Shown: positions 63,539 through 64,000 of the stretch, one piece after another | Numbering within the stretch: position 1 is the stretch's first letter | Layout of the letters: every line of letters begins with the position of its first letter | Source: a virus | Direction: 5' to 3' (one strand) | IMG/VR virus record: IMGVR_UViG_3300025581_000001 | Coordinates: 56,727-120,726 of that record | Length of the DNA: 64,000 nt | Translations under genes and position numbers: made by a program | The notes under the pieces: generated by a model | What the model was told of the DNA's origin: nothing | Database searches by the model: none | The model's input: only the letters and a program-made list of their open reading frames with translations

Positions 63539-64000
63539 GCTTCAGCGTCGTAATCTCGGCTGGCAACCCCAGCAACTTGGTGGCCTGCGTTAGAGCAGTT
63601 ATGGATTGCGAACCTGCTCTCGATCCGCAGAAGATCATCGCGGTGCATGACGGTGCGAGGGTGGGGGCTGAAGCTATGCTTCCGCCAGAGGTCACGTGGC
63701 TGGACGCCCCGCTGCCCTTCATCTTCGCACGCAATCTGAACATTGGAATCCGGGCGTGCAGCGACGATGTTGTCATTATGGAGGACGATGGGCTCCTGCA
63801 GACCCCGTCGGGGCTGTCCCTTCTTTCAAGGCACAGCGCCGGATATGGACTGCTGGCCAGCTCTACGAACTACGGGTGCAATCAGCGGCAGTACAGGCAG
63901 CCTGGCGGCGCGATAAGGGAAGAGCCGGGGATGGTGATATGGGTCTGTATCTACGTCCCACGCTCTACGATTGACCTGATTGGGCTGATGGACGAGCGTT
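63535..64000 (+). CDS. Glycosyltransferase family 2 (3' truncated; not in ORF track)
   Basis: MSFSVVI...IIAVHDG...FIFARNLNIGI...DVVIMEDD...IGLMDER; ATGA overlap with the methyltransferase. Confidence 0.8.
   Translation, partial: MSFSVVISAGNPSNLVACVRAVMDCEPALDPQKIIAVHDGARVGAEAMLPPEVTWLDAPLPFIFARNLNIGIRACSDDVVIMEDDGLLQTPSGLSLLSRHSAGYGLLASSTNYGCNQRQYRQPGGAIREEPGMVIWVCIYVPRSTIDLIGLMDER

Noticed and set aside
179-63776. Numerous minus-strand ORFs, some over 300 aa (e.g. 15500-16693, 48750-49739)
   Set aside because: They are antisense shadows of well-supported + strand genes in GC-rich DNA, with no recognisable motifs.
1-64000. CRISPR array, tRNA/tmRNA genes, integrase or transposase
   Set aside because: No regularly spaced repeats, cloverleaf with a T-loop consensus, or recombinase motifs were seen by eye. 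A tRNAscan/Rfam run is still advisable.
1-64000. Stop-codon reassignment
   Set aside because: Long conserved genes are intact under the standard code, and all three stop codons end genes at coupled junctions.

Overview
This is a 64 kb segment of a large tailed dsDNA bacteriophage genome. Essentially all credible genes are on the + strand, tightly packed, often with overlapping stop/start codons. The host is a diderm (lipoprotein, outer-membrane beta-barrel); Acidobacteriota is plausible by inference only. Gene order: (1) tail module with a partial tape measure protein, a large central tail protein, and a beta-propeller tip protein ending in a Hint/mini-intein domain; (2) a near-complete replication/recombination module with SF2 helicase, DnaB-like helicase, primase, 5'-3' exonuclease, sigma-like factor, three DNA methyltransferases, beta-clamp-like protein, UDG-PolA fusion, SSB, RecA, clamp loader, SbcD-SbcC fusion, ThyX and CspA; (3) endolysin and accessory genes; (4) a long cluster of signal-peptide-bearing, Cys-rich fibre/adhesin-like proteins, a modular polyprotein, an OMP, a methyltransferase and a partial GT2. 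No terminase, capsid, integrase, tRNA or CRISPR array was recognised. The strongest leads are: a putative protease-processed polyprotein with repeated (K-D)-L-x-A|x-G junctions and a leader shared with other genes; a phage-encoded secretome of virion-fibre-like proteins; three MTases with divergent cores but shared N- and C-terminal caps next to a phage clamp; and several structured intergenic RNAs or pseudoknots. All calls come from motif recognition by eye; no database searches were run.
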